DNA of 64,000 bases. Origin: Myxococcota bacterium (GTDB lineage: Bacteria > Myxococcota > JACRCW01). The notes under the pieces are model-generated. The model searched no databases. It saw only the letters and a program-made list of their open reading frames with translations, and was not told the DNA's origin. Every line of letters begins with the position of its first letter. Within the stretch, counting starts at the first letter, position 1. Shown one piece after another: positions 1 to 10,600 of the stretch. The stretch lies in contig JBFMGU010000008.1 in the NCBI GenBank assembly GCA_040752415.1, positions 24,805 to 88,804 on the forward strand. The letters are read 5' to 3'. Made by a program: the position numbers and the translations under genes.

Positions 1-369
1 GGAGAAGGTCCCAGGCAACACCTGCTCCGCCCGCCGGTGCGACATCACGGCCAACACCAGCCACGCCGTGTAGGTGAGGATGGCGCCCGCGATGTGACCG
101 TTGAGCAGCGTGCGCAGCGCCGGTCCCGCGTAGGGGCTCGCCGAAACGAAGCTCCCCGAACCGCCCTGCAACCTCAGCACACCTTCAAACGTGAACACCG
201 CGGTGAAACACAGGACCAACCAGCCCACCTGCACCCGACGGTGCTGCTGCCACTTCCGCGCGCGGACCAGGCGGAACGAGGCCAGCATCACCAGCGGCGT
301 GGCCAGCGTGACGAGGAGGATGAGGTCCAGGAGGAGGTTGGCGCGGGTGCCAAGGAAGCCGGCGGGCAT
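1..369 (-). CDS. DUF420-like membrane protein, 3' end outside the window
   Basis: Hand translation from ATG at 369: MPAGFLGTRANLLLDLILLVTLATPLVMLASFRLVRARKWQQHRRVQ...GHIAG...; hydrophobic helices with a HxxxQ motif; no stop in window, so absent from the ORF track. Confidence 0.6.
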   Translation of the reverse strand, partial: MPAGFLGTRANLLLDLILLVTLATPLVMLASFRLVRARKWQQHRRVQVGWLVLCFTAVFTFEGVLRLQGGSGSFVSASPYAGPALRTLLNGHIAGAILTYTAWLVLAVMSHRRAEQVLPGTFS

Positions 370-511
370 GTGTTCCTTCGTCCCAGGCCAGGGGGGTGGA
401 TTTCCCTGGGAGGACGCAATCTCCCCTCGGTGAGGCGACAACGCAATGTTCCGGCCCAGGCCTGCGTTCGTGCTCGTTGCCAGGTGCTGCGCGAACGAGG
501 ACACTTCCGAC

Positions 512-1120
512 ATGGTCGCTGATGCGGAATGGGCCATCCACGCCGCCCGGGAGCTGGCCCGCGCGGCCGGTGAGCTGGAGCAGGTCCGACGTGGAGTCCA
601 CCAGCTCCTCCACCTGGCCACCGACGCCGCGCAGCCCGACCGACGGCAGGTCACCGAGGTGCTGGTGGACACCTTCGAGCAACGTCGTCACCTGCAGCTG
701 TTGCAGCGCCACGCGGAGACGCTGGACCGCACCTGTCAGCAGGCCGTGGGCGCGTGCGTGGACATGATGCGGCTCCTGGAGCGTGGCCGCGCCGACGCCA
801 CGGTGGCGTGGAGCGGATTGAAGCTGGCGCGCGGAGTGCGACACAGCATCCACCGGCTGCAGCAGCACCACCACCGGGATTCCCGACGTCACGTGGACGC
901 GCAGATGACCTGCTTCCGTCGCATCCGCGCCATTGCCGACGGGAAGGTGCCCAACGCCGAGGCCGCGCGCGAGCAGGTGCACGCCGAGCTGGCGGCCCTG
1001 GTGCGGACCCAGCGCGCTGCGGAGCTGCGTTACGCGCAAGGCACCACGCGGGTGGCGCGTCGCCTGCTGCGCGGGGTGCAGACGGTGGCACCCGGACGTC
1101 GTCACACGGACCAACGCTGA
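512..1120 (+). CDS. hypothetical helical protein
   Basis: ORF 446..1120 with GC-rich third positions; ATG at 512 preferred but start uncertain; no recognised motif. Confidence 0.5.
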   Translation: MVADAEWAIHAARELARAAGELEQVRRGVHQLLHLATDAAQPDRRQVTEVLVDTFEQRRHLQLLQRHAETLDRTCQQAVGACVDMMRLLERGRADATVAWSGLKLARGVRHSIHRLQQHHHRDSRRHVDAQMTCFRRIRAIADGKVPNAEAAREQVHAELAALVRTQRAAELRYAQGTTRVARRLLRGVQTVAPGRRHTDQR

Positions 1121-1176
1121 CGGAGACAGGGACGACCGACGCATGAGCGCCACGGCGCACCCCGGTATACCCCGGC

Positions 1177-2106
1177 GTGCTGCGTCTCGGTCTCTGCTGC
1201 GGCTTTGTCGACGAGCCCATCCGCTTCCGCACCGCCACCGCCCGCTACGTGGCGGGGTTGCCGCTTGCCGCGGCGCGCGCGTACCTGCTGGAGGTTGCGC
1301 GCCACAACGCCTTCAGCCTGGAGCAGGCGGTGCAGTGGTGCGCGCAGCATGACGTGGGCGCCTTCCGCATCCCCAGCAAGCTCATCCCGCTGGCCACGCA
1401 CCCGGAGCACCACCAGCTGCTCCGCGTCCTCGACGACGACACCACGTTCCAGGCCTCGGTGCAGCGCGTCCGGCGGCTGGCGCCGCGCATCCGCCTGAGC
1501 TTCCATCCCGACCCGTTCGTGGTGCCGGGCTCGGCGTCCAACGGCACCTCGGAATCCTCGCTTCGTGAGCTGGAGCATCACGCGCGGATGGCACACTGGG
1601 TGGGCGCGGAACAGATCACCATCCACGGCGGTGGCGCACAACCGGACAAGAAGCAGGCCCTGTTGCGCCTGGTGCGCGCGCTGGACCGGCTCAGCCGCGC
1701 CGCGCGGGAGCGGGTGGTGTTGGAGAATGATGACCGCGTGTTCACCGTCGAGGATCTGCTGCCCGCGTGCCACCAACACGGCATCCCGCTGGTCTATGAC
1801 GTGCACCATCACCGCTGCAATCCCGACGGTCTCTCCGAGGAGGAAGCCACCGTGCAGGCCGCGGCCACTTGGGGCGGGCGCGAGCCGTGGGCCCATGTGT
1901 CGTCGCCGGAGGCGGGTTGGTCGGAGGCGGACCCCCGGCCCCACGCGGACTTCATCCAGCCGCGCGACTTCCCGGTGCACTGGCTGACCACGCGGCTCAC
2001 CGTGGACGTGGAGGCCAAGGCCCGGGAACGGGCGGTGTTGCGGCTGCAGCGCTGGATCCGTCGTCACGACGCGGCTGCCACCGTCCCCGCCGCGCCGCTG
2101 CACTGA
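1177..2106 (+). CDS. uvsE: UV DNA damage repair endonuclease
   Basis: RLGLCC, FRIPSKLIPLATHP, RLSFHP, IHGGG, LENDDR, YDVHHH, HVSSP, RPHAD, VDVEAKARE motifs of the UvdE/UvsE family. Confidence 0.92.
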   Translation: MLRLGLCCGFVDEPIRFRTATARYVAGLPLAAARAYLLEVARHNAFSLEQAVQWCAQHDVGAFRIPSKLIPLATHPEHHQLLRVLDDDTTFQASVQRVRRLAPRIRLSFHPDPFVVPGSASNGTSESSLRELEHHARMAHWVGAEQITIHGGGAQPDKKQALLRLVRALDRLSRAARERVVLENDDRVFTVEDLLPACHQHGIPLVYDVHHHRCNPDGLSEEEATVQAAATWGGREPWAHVSSPEAGWSEADPRPHADFIQPRDFPVHWLTTRLTVDVEAKARERAVLRLQRWIRRHDAAATVPAAPLH

Positions 2107-2135
2107 TAGGATGGGAGTAGCGGACACGGAGCGCG

Positions 2136-2669
2136 GTGATGCAGACGGTGGTGGTGGCGTCGACGAACCCGGTGAAGATCCGGGCCACGGAGTTGGGTTT
2201 CCAGCGGATGTTCCCGGGCCAGGTGTGCCAGGTGGTGGGCGTCTCCGTGCCTTCCGGCGTCAGCGACCAGCCCATGGACGACGAGGAGACCCTGCGCGGA
2301 GCGCACAACCGCGCCAATCACGCCCGCGCCGCCCGGCCCGACGCCACGTGGTGGGTGGGGCTGGAGGGTGGCGTCGACGAGAAAGCGGGAGAGCTGGAGG
2401 CGTTCGCGTGGATCGTGGTGTTGCGCGGAGACCAGGTGGCACGGAGCCGGACCGCCACATTCACGCTGCCGCCGCAGGTCGCGTCCCTGGTGCGGGCGGG
2501 CGTGGAGCTGGCGCACGCGGATGACCAGGTCTTCGGACGCCAGAACTCCAAGCACACCAACGGCGCCGTGGGCCTGCTCACCGGCGACGTCATTGATCGC
2601 ACCGCCTACTACGAGCACGCCGTGGTGCTGGCGCTCATCCCGTTCCGGAACGCGGAGCTGTTCGGCTGA
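2136..2669 (+). CDS. yjjX: inosine/xanthosine triphosphatase
   Basis: ASTNPVK, SGVSDQP, ETLRGAHNRA, VGLEGG, GAVGLLT motifs. Confidence 0.9.
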   Translation: MMQTVVVASTNPVKIRATELGFQRMFPGQVCQVVGVSVPSGVSDQPMDDEETLRGAHNRANHARAARPDATWWVGLEGGVDEKAGELEAFAWIVVLRGDQVARSRTATFTLPPQVASLVRAGVELAHADDQVFGRQNSKHTNGAVGLLTGDVIDRTAYYEHAVVLALIPFRNAELFG

Positions 2670-2729
2670 ACCCTCGTCGAGCGGGAGCCGCTGCGGGGTC
2701 GGGGCAAACCTGTATTACGCTGCGCGTCC

Positions 2730-3854
2730 ATGAAGCTCGAGACCCTGGCGGTGCACGCCGGACGTCGACCGGACCCTGCCACCGGCGCCGTCACCCCACC
2801 CATCCATCTCTCCACCACCTTCCAGCGCGCCGCCGACGGGAGCTACCCGCTGGGGTTCTCCTACTCGCGCGAGGACAACCCCAACCGCCGCGCGCTGGAG
2901 GAATGCCTCGCCGCGCTGGAGGGCGGCACCGAGGCACTGGCGTTCTCGTCGGGACAGGCGGTGAGCATGGCGGTGCTGCAGGCGCTGGAGCCGGGCGACC
3001 ACATCATTGCGCCGCAGGACGTCTACTACGGTCTGCGCAAGCTGCTGGGCGAGGTGCTCCGCAGGTGGCAGCTGGACGTGAGCTACGTGGACATGACCGA
3101 CGCCGACGCGGTGCGCGCCGCGGTGCGCAGGGAGACGCGCCTGTTGTGGGTGGAGACGCCTTCCAACCCGCTGCTGCGCATCACCGACCTGGCCACACTG
3201 GCCACGTTGGCGCGGGAGATCGAGGCCATCTGCATCTGCGACAGCACCTTCGCCAGCCCCATGCTGCAGCGTCCCCTCGAGCTGGGCGTGGACCTGATGA
3301 TGCACTCCACCACCAAGTACCTGAGCGGCCACAGCGATGTGATGGGCGGCGTGCTCATCACGAACCACGCCAACTACGTGTTCGAGCGGGCGCGCGCGTC
3401 GCAGAAGTTCGGTGGCGCGGTGCCCTCCCCCTTTGATTGCTGGCTCACCCTGCGCGGCGTCGACACGCTGGCGGTGCGGATGCGCGCGGCCAGCGAGAAC
3501 GCCCTCAAGGTGGCGCGGTTCCTCAGCGGCCACGCCAACGTGGAGGCTGTGCACTACCCGGGCCTGGAGACCCACCCGGGACACGAGACCGCTCGACGAC
3601 AGATGCGCAGCTTTGGCGGCATGCTGTCCATGCAGGTGCGCGGCTGCGGCGAGAAGACCCTGGGCGTGGCCGCGCGTGTGAAGTTGTTCACCCGGGCCAC
3701 CAGCCTCGGCGGAGCGCACAGTCTCATCGAGCACCGCGCTTCCATTGAAGGACCCGACACGCGGACACCGCAGAACCTGTTGCGCATGTCCATTGGCCTC
3801 GAGGACGCGGAGGACCTGATCGCCGACCTCGACCAGGCGCTCGCCGGCGTGTGA
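2730..3854 (+). CDS. PLP-dependent transsulfuration enzyme (cystathionine gamma-synthase/lyase family)
   Basis: YSREDNPN, ETPSNP, DSTF, HSTTKYLSGHSD (PLP lysine), SLGG; exact specificity not determinable. Confidence 0.9.
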   Translation: MKLETLAVHAGRRPDPATGAVTPPIHLSTTFQRAADGSYPLGFSYSREDNPNRRALEECLAALEGGTEALAFSSGQAVSMAVLQALEPGDHIIAPQDVYYGLRKLLGEVLRRWQLDVSYVDMTDADAVRAAVRRETRLLWVETPSNPLLRITDLATLATLAREIEAICICDSTFASPMLQRPLELGVDLMMHSTTKYLSGHSDVMGGVLITNHANYVFERARASQKFGGAVPSPFDCWLTLRGVDTLAVRMRAASENALKVARFLSGHANVEAVHYPGLETHPGHETARRQMRSFGGMLSMQVRGCGEKTLGVAARVKLFTRATSLGGAHSLIEHRASIEGPDTRTPQNLLRMSIGLEDAEDLIADLDQALAGV

Positions 3855-3859
3855 CGACG

Positions 3860-5083
3860 TCACTCCGCCTTCTCTTCCACCCGATCCACCTCGTCATCAC
3901 CACCCATGGCGCGCAGGCCGCGGAACAGCATCCGGACGCCCACGTCCGCCGGCAGCAGCCCGCACGACGTCATGGCCAGGCTCATGAACCACTTCTCCAG
4001 GTTGCGCGAGTCCGCGGAGGCGGGAGCGGCCTTTGTGTGCGCGCTCGTCGTGGAGGGCGGTGGAGGGCCGATGAAGAGCCACCACCAGGGAACCCACGGA
4101 GACTCCACGTAGATGTGTGCGGAGGGCGGATCGTCGTCGTGGGTGCGGGAGGGCGGGTCGGGCGGGTCGGACCTGGAATCCTTGGCCAGCATCACCACCG
4201 CCACCACCGCCAGCACCGCGCCCACCACGATCACCGCGGTCACCGCCGCCACCAGCGCCACCGCCGCCACCGCGTGCGCCACCATCAAGGCCAGGCCCGC
4301 GCTCGCCAACGCAAAGCCCGCCACCATGGCGCGGAGCCGGTTGGGCGCGTTGAAACCGGGCCACCGTCCCAGCAGCGCGCGCTCCAACGCGGGAATCGAC
4401 GTGCGTGAGGAGAGCCGCTCCACCACCGAGCCCTCGCTGTCCTCGGGAGCCACGTCCAACGACGGAGGCACCGCCAGTCCCAGCGCGGTCATTCCCGACG
4501 CCACCGCCCACGCCACCCCACCGGACAACGCCAGCGGGACCATGGCGAGCGAAGCGAGGAGGAACGTGGAGGGCAGCGCCGCAATCCACGGCGAGGTGCG
4601 CACCACCTGCGTATTCAGCACCACCCCCGCCATGGCCGCGCCGGCGATGGCCAGACACACCAGCAACGGCACCGGCGCCACCAACATCCACACGCCCAAT
4701 GCCGCGGCAAGACCCGTGGCCCAGGGTTGAGACCGCAGCGGTCCGATGTCCGGGCGATTCTCCACGACGCGCGCGGTGGGGTCTGCCACCGGACGCGGAG
4801 GTTGCTCCACGACGGGCGGCGCAGGATGGGGCGTGGGATCGACGACGGGCGGCGCAGCGGGCGCAACCGGCGGCGACGGTTGGGGCGCGGGCTCCACGAC
4901 GGGAGGTGCAACGGGCTCGGACCCCGGTGGCGGCGTGGGACGCTCCTCGGGAATGGGCGGCTCCTCGGGAAGCGGGGCGGCCTCCGCGGCGGGCAATGCG
5001 GGAGTGTCGACGGGCTCCGCCGTCTCCGCCGCTCCAGTCTGCGCAACCAACAGTGCAGCCCACAACGTCAATGCAAGGGACAT
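3860..5083 (-). CDS. hypothetical membrane protein with signal peptide and Pro-rich linker
   Basis: MSLALTLWAALLVAQ signal-like start, Pro/Ala/Glu-rich tract, several hydrophobic segments. Confidence 0.65.
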   Translation of the reverse strand: MSLALTLWAALLVAQTGAAETAEPVDTPALPAAEAAPLPEEPPIPEERPTPPPGSEPVAPPVVEPAPQPSPPVAPAAPPVVDPTPHPAPPVVEQPPRPVADPTARVVENRPDIGPLRSQPWATGLAAALGVWMLVAPVPLLVCLAIAGAAMAGVVLNTQVVRTSPWIAALPSTFLLASLAMVPLALSGGVAWAVASGMTALGLAVPPSLDVAPEDSEGSVVERLSSRTSIPALERALLGRWPGFNAPNRLRAMVAGFALASAGLALMVAHAVAAVALVAAVTAVIVVGAVLAVVAVVMLAKDSRSDPPDPPSRTHDDDPPSAHIYVESPWVPWWWLFIGPPPPSTTSAHTKAAPASADSRNLEKWFMSLAMTSCGLLPADVGVRMLFRGLRAMGGDDEVDRVEEKAE

Positions 5084-5202
5084 GGCAACCCACGACGGCA
5101 ACAACGCCACGCGTGATGTTAGGCCTCGCCCCGCGCGCGTCCAAGGAAGGCTGCGTTGGGGCAACTGGACCGTGCAGAAATGGCGCAGTACACGAGGGAG
5201 GC

Positions 5203-6054
5203 ATGGCCGGTTCGTCGCCACCACCCTGGCTGGATGCCGCGGGCCGCGGGTTGAAGCGCGCCGCGCTGTTCGCCGGTGACATGGGTGTGAAGGCGGGTCG
5301 GTCGCTGGCGGAGGCGTACCGGCTCATTGACCCCGACGTGCGACGTCACCTGGCACACCTGCCGCTGGTGGGCATGACGCACCTGGGTCCCCGCGGCACA
5401 CCGCTGCGCGCGCTGGCCGACGACGGAGAACGTCCCATCCTGTTCGTGCACGGCCTGGGCGGACATCCCGGCAACTTCCTGCCCATGCGCGCGTTCTTCC
5501 GTCTGGCGGGACGCACGCGCACCTACGCCGTGAGCTTCCCCGACGGCGCGGAGCTTCCCGCCATGGCGGCGCACCTGCGTGGCGTGCTGGAACGGGTGTT
5601 CAAGGTCAACCAGCTGGACCCGCGTGCCCGCGTCGACATCGTGGCGCACAGCATGGGCGGCATCGTCTCCCGGCTCGCGCTGGCGGACGCGGCTTTCCGA
5701 CGACGGGTGCACACCCTGGTCACGCTGGGCACGCCCCACCTGGGCACGCACCTAGCACGTCTGGCCGACTCACCACACACGCGTGCGCTGCGCCCGGACT
5801 CCGTGCTGCTGCGCCAGCTGGAGAAACAGCTTCCCTGGAAGGGACCACCGTCATCGCCACGACTGGTCAGCTTCTGGAGTCGTTCCGACGTGCTCCTGCT
5901 GCCGGCGGGCACCGCGCGCGTGCGGGGCGCGAGCAACGTGGAGGTGGAGGGGTTCACGCACCTCAGCTACCTGATTGAGCCTTCCGCGTGGCGGATGGTG
6001 CTGGAGACCCTGGCCGCCCCGGCGTCCCCACGGAGACGCGCGCGCCCCGGGTGA
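5203..6054 (+). CDS. alpha/beta-fold lipase/esterase
   Basis: FVHGLGG, AHSMGG nucleophile elbow, TLGTPHLG; GAGGGAGG upstream of ATG at 5203. Confidence 0.85.
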   Translation: MAGSSPPPWLDAAGRGLKRAALFAGDMGVKAGRSLAEAYRLIDPDVRRHLAHLPLVGMTHLGPRGTPLRALADDGERPILFVHGLGGHPGNFLPMRAFFRLAGRTRTYAVSFPDGAELPAMAAHLRGVLERVFKVNQLDPRARVDIVAHSMGGIVSRLALADAAFRRRVHTLVTLGTPHLGTHLARLADSPHTRALRPDSVLLRQLEKQLPWKGPPSSPRLVSFWSRSDVLLLPAGTARVRGASNVEVEGFTHLSYLIEPSAWRMVLETLAAPASPRRRARPG

Positions 6055-6072
6055 CGTCGTCACCAGCGTGTC

Positions 6073-7620
6073 TCAGCGACACTGCTGCGCAATGGCCCCG
6101 CCCACCGGCGTCACCACGCGGTCGGGGAACTGCACGTCGGCCACGTGCCACAGCGCGCAGGAACCGGCCAGGTTCTGGTTGCGCTGCAACGCCACCTCGG
6201 ACCGCTCGTCGATGATGATGCGTGCGCTCACCATCGCCGCGCCCTGGTCGTAGGCGTCAAAGTAATGGGCATAGAGCGCGTAGGTGCCGGGCGCGGGCTC
6301 CACCACGGCAATCTCCTCCAGGCCGGGTGCGCTCTCGGTGTCGTGGATGAGCGTGGGATTGTCGTCGGAGAGCTCGTTGCCCCACTCCGGACGCGGATCG
6401 GCAAAGTGGCAGTCGCCGCTGCCAAAGAGCGTCCCGCCGGGCGCCAGGAGATGGATGTCCACGTCGCCACCGGACTCCCATTCCAGGATGGTGCGCAGCG
6501 CGAACCGCTGGCGGGCCATGACCGTGACCACCGCCGGCACGCTGCTCTGCCCCAGGGAGTCCGTCACCGTGAGGCTGGCCACGTATTCACCCGCCACGTC
6601 GGGAACAAAGTGCACCGCGGCGGCGGTGGTGCCATCCAGCGTGGCGGCGCTGCCCTCGGGCACCGTGAGCGTCCAGGAGAAGACAATGGGGTCACCCTGC
6701 GGGTCGGAGGACTGCGCGCCGTCCAGCCACACCTCCTTGCCCACCACCGCCTGGTCACCAATGGTGTCATTGAGCACGGCGGTGGCCACGGCAATGGGCG
6801 CGCGGTCATCAAAGCTGGAGGCCAGTACGTGCACGCGCGCCTGCGGCGTGTCGGGGTCATTGCTGTGGATCACCAGCGTGAGGTCCTCATCGACGCCGTC
6901 GGCGGGCGCGTAGATGAGCAGCAGCGGCACCATGCCGAACACGGGGATGACGCCGGCATTGATGGAGGTGCCAATCAGCAGCTCCCCTTCCACGCTGGGG
7001 TTGCCCTCCCAGGTCACGCCGGTGATCTCCAGGTCGTCCGTGCCCGTGTTCCCCACCAGCACCACCTGGCTCTCCTGCTGCTCCCGTCGGACGGCGTCAA
7101 AACGCACCACCATGTCCACGCCGCAGTCCTCCCGCGCGGCCTCCTCGGGACAGACAATGATCTCCGGCCGCGGAGCGGGGACGCCGGTCCATTCCACGTC
7201 GAGGACCAGCGGCGAGTTCTCGAGGTCATTGCTCTCGATGGTGACCGTGCCCGCGCCCTTCCCCAGCACCCGCGGGGTCACCTCCAGCAACAGGACACCC
7301 TGCGCGTCCACGCCCACCTCCCGCGGATAGGCCCGCACGAACAACGCGTCGGGCACGCTGGAGGTGATGCTGTTGATGGTGAGGGTGGTGTCGCCGCGGT
7401 TGAAGATGAAGAACCGGACCTCCTCGGTGAGGCTGAGCGGGTGCTCACCGATGTCGACGGAGCGGTTGCAGTCCTGCTCCGGCGCGGTGTCCGTCTGGCA
7501 CACGCTGATGCGCGGCCGCATGTCCGCCAGGCCTTCCTCCGGGCACGCGGGCAGGAGCGTCACGCAGCCCAGCACCACTCCCCAACACCGCACCATGTGC
7601 CTGCTCTGTCTCGTCGTCAT
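6073..7620 (-). CDS. secreted lipoprotein with Ig-like, PKD-like and YfaP-like C-terminal domains
   Basis: AGGAGGA RBS before ATG 7620; LLPAC lipobox-like; I.SND repeats; LDGAQSSDPQGD..FSW..LTVTD; LEWESGGDVDIHL...GLEEI...G.Y..YAHY. Confidence 0.75.
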   Translation of the reverse strand: MTTRQSRHMVRCWGVVLGCVTLLPACPEEGLADMRPRISVCQTDTAPEQDCNRSVDIGEHPLSLTEEVRFFIFNRGDTTLTINSITSSVPDALFVRAYPREVGVDAQGVLLLEVTPRVLGKGAGTVTIESNDLENSPLVLDVEWTGVPAPRPEIIVCPEEAAREDCGVDMVVRFDAVRREQQESQVVLVGNTGTDDLEITGVTWEGNPSVEGELLIGTSINAGVIPVFGMVPLLLIYAPADGVDEDLTLVIHSNDPDTPQARVHVLASSFDDRAPIAVATAVLNDTIGDQAVVGKEVWLDGAQSSDPQGDPIVFSWTLTVPEGSAATLDGTTAAAVHFVPDVAGEYVASLTVTDSLGQSSVPAVVTVMARQRFALRTILEWESGGDVDIHLLAPGGTLFGSGDCHFADPRPEWGNELSDDNPTLIHDTESAPGLEEIAVVEPAPGTYALYAHYFDAYDQGAAMVSARIIIDERSEVALQRNQNLAGSCALWHVADVQFPDRVVTPVGGAIAQQCR

Positions 7621-7631
7621 GATGTCCTCCT

Positions 7632-10600
7632 TCACCGCGCGCACAGGTTTCCGTACTGCGCCTGGCAGGTCATGCCGCCCGTGCAATTGGCGTTGCTGGT
7701 GCAGCTGTTGTTGAGCCGGCAGGTGTTCCGTCCCGCGCCGGAGCCCAGGTAGCAGGACTCGAACGGGCGACAGTCCCCGTCGGAGTCACAGCGCTTGGCC
7801 GGCACGCAGTCATTGGCGGAGGTGGGGCACGTCCCGGCGGCGCGGCAGTACTTGATGCCCCACTCCACGGTGTTCATGCGGGTCACGGTGCAGCCGCTGC
7901 CGTTCCAGCTGATGCGTGCCGGGATCCACAGCTGGCCCACCTGCAGCTGCTGCCAGCTCACCGGGATCTCGTCGACCAGCGCGCCTTCACAGTAGATGCG
8001 CACCTTGCCGTTGAGCGCGCCCTCCGGTCCGGTGAGCGCCCCGTCCACCACGGACTGGTCGCAGTACATGTGCACGCCCACGTGGTAGTCGCCCACCACG
8101 GGATTGGTGGCCACGTTGATGTTCTCCGGCCCGTTCCCGTCGGTGTCGTCGATGTCCAGCGTGGCGTTTCCGTCGGTGGAGCCCACCGGACCCCAGTCGG
8201 TGCTCACGTTGCGCCACCAGCACGCCTTCTCGGCGGTGGACAGGTCAAAGAACGCGCCCAGCGGTGTCTCGTTGGGCTTGGTGAGCAACAGGTCCAGGTC
8301 GCCCACGCTCTCCTGCCAGACCAGCTGCACGTGGATGCGCTGCGGCGGCACGGAGTTGATGGTCACCGTGCAGGTGTCGGACTGTCCGTCGGAGGCGGTG
8401 ACGGTGAGCAGCAACTGGTAGGTGCCCGCCAGGTCCACGTAGAAGCCGCTGTTGGCGGAGCTGGGGGACATCGGGTCGGAGGTGGATCCCACCGGCGCCG
8501 AGGTCACCGACCAGCTGTAGCTCAGCGCTCCGCCCGCGGGATTGGTGCTTCCCGAGCCGTTGAGCGTGACGGTGTCCAGCGGCGCCGCGTTGATGGTGGC
8601 CGGGTTGCACACCGCCACCGGTGGTCCGCACGCCTCGTCCACCTGGCCGTCGCAGTCGTCATCCTGCCCGTTGCCGCAGACCTCGCCGGAGGGGTTGGGA
8701 CTGCCCGGCGTGACGCTGCACTGCGTGCCGGTTCCGCTGGGCGTGCACATCATGGAACCGGTGCGCTGACAGATGCCGGTGCCCACCGTGCAGGAAGTAC
8801 CCACGTTGAATCCCTCGTCGGTCTGGCCGTCGCAGTCGTCGTCCTGGCCGTTGCCGCACAGCTCCCCGGACGCGTTGGGGCTACCCGGCGAGACGCTGCA
8901 CTGCGTGCCGGTCCCGCTGGGCGTGCACATCATGGCGCCCGTGCGTGAGCACACCCCGGTGCCCACCGTGCAGGATGTCCCCACGTTGAATCCCTCGTCG
9001 GCCTGGCCGTCGCAGTCGTCGTCCAGCCCGTTGCCGCACAGCTCGCCGGAGGCGTTGGGTGAGCCAGGCGTGGCGCTGCACTGCGTGCCCAGCCCGTTGG
9101 ACGAGCACACCATGGTGCCGCTGCGCTGGCAGATGCCCGTGCCCTGGGAACACGCGTCGCCCACGTTGAATCCCTCGTCGGTGGCGGTGTCGCAGTCGTC
9201 GTCCAGCCCGTTGCCGCACAGCTCACCCGACGGATTGGGGGAGCCCGGCGTGGCGTTGCACTGCGTGCCCAGGCCGTCGGCACGACACACCTTCACGCCG
9301 GACCGGGTGCAGATGCCCACGCCGTTGCTGCAGGAGCTGCCCACGTCGTAACCCTCGTCGGAGACACCGTCGCAGTCGTCGTCCACGCCGTTGCCGCACA
9401 GCTCACCGGAGGGGTTGGGGTCGCCGGGTGGCGCGTCGCAGGTGGTGGAGAGCCCATCCGCGCTGCACGCCTTCACGCCCCAGCGCTGGCACGCCCCCAC
9501 GCCGTTGCTGCAGGAGACGCCCACGTCGTAGCCCTCGTCCACCTGGCCGTCGCAGTCGTCGTCCATGCCGTTGCCGCACAGCTCGCCGGCGGCGTTGGGA
9601 GCGCCCGGTGCCGCGCTGCATTCCGTGCCCGCCCCGTCGGCGCGACACAACTTGACACCGCTGCGGGCGCACGCCCCCACGCCCACCGTGCAGGACGCAC
9701 CCACGTCAAATCCCTCGTCGGACTGGCCGTCGCAGTCATCATCCAGGCCGTTGCCGCACAGCTCTCCCAGCGGCTCGCCGGAATCCGCGGTGCACATCGT
9801 CGTCGTGCCGTCGGGGGAGCAGGCCTTCACGCCGGACTGCTGGCACACCCCCTGGCCTTCCGTGCAGGCGTTGCCCACGTCAAACCCCTCGTCCACCGCG
9901 CCGTCGCAGTCGTCATCCTGGCTGTTGCCGCACAGCTCGCCCGCGGGGTTGGGATTGCCGGCGGTCACGTTGCAGGTGGTGCCCAGCGCGTTGGGGGTGC
10001 AGATCTTCACGCCGCTCCGACGACACACACCGCTGCCGGCGCTGCACGCGGCGCCCACGTCGTAGCCCTCGTCCACCTGGCCGTCGCAGTCATCATCCGC
10101 GCCGTTGCCGCACAGCTCACCGGAGGGGTTGGGATTGCCCGGCGCGGCGTTGCACACCGTGGTGAGTCCGTCGGGGCTGCAGATCCTGACGCCCGGCCGC
10201 TGGCACGCGCCCACGCCGTTGTTGCACGCGTCCCCGTCGTCAAAGCCCTCATCCACCAGGCCGTCGCAGTCGTCGTCGATGCCGTTGCCGCACAGCTCCG
10301 CGGCCCCGGCGGCGCCCGGCGCCACGCTGCACTCCAGCCCCAGGCGGTCGGCGCTGCACACCAGCACCCCCTGCCGACGACACGCCCCCAGTCCCACGTT
10401 GCACGCGGTGCCCAGCGCGCCAAAGTCCTCCTCGCTCTGGCCGTCGCAATCGTCGTCGGCGTCGCCGCCGCACAGCTCGGTCAACGCCGGCTCACCGGGC
10501 GTGGCGCTGCACACCAGGCCGGTGCCGTCGTCGTTGCACACCATGTAGCCTTCACGCTCGCACGCGCCCTGGCCCACGTGACACTCGCCGCCCACCGCGA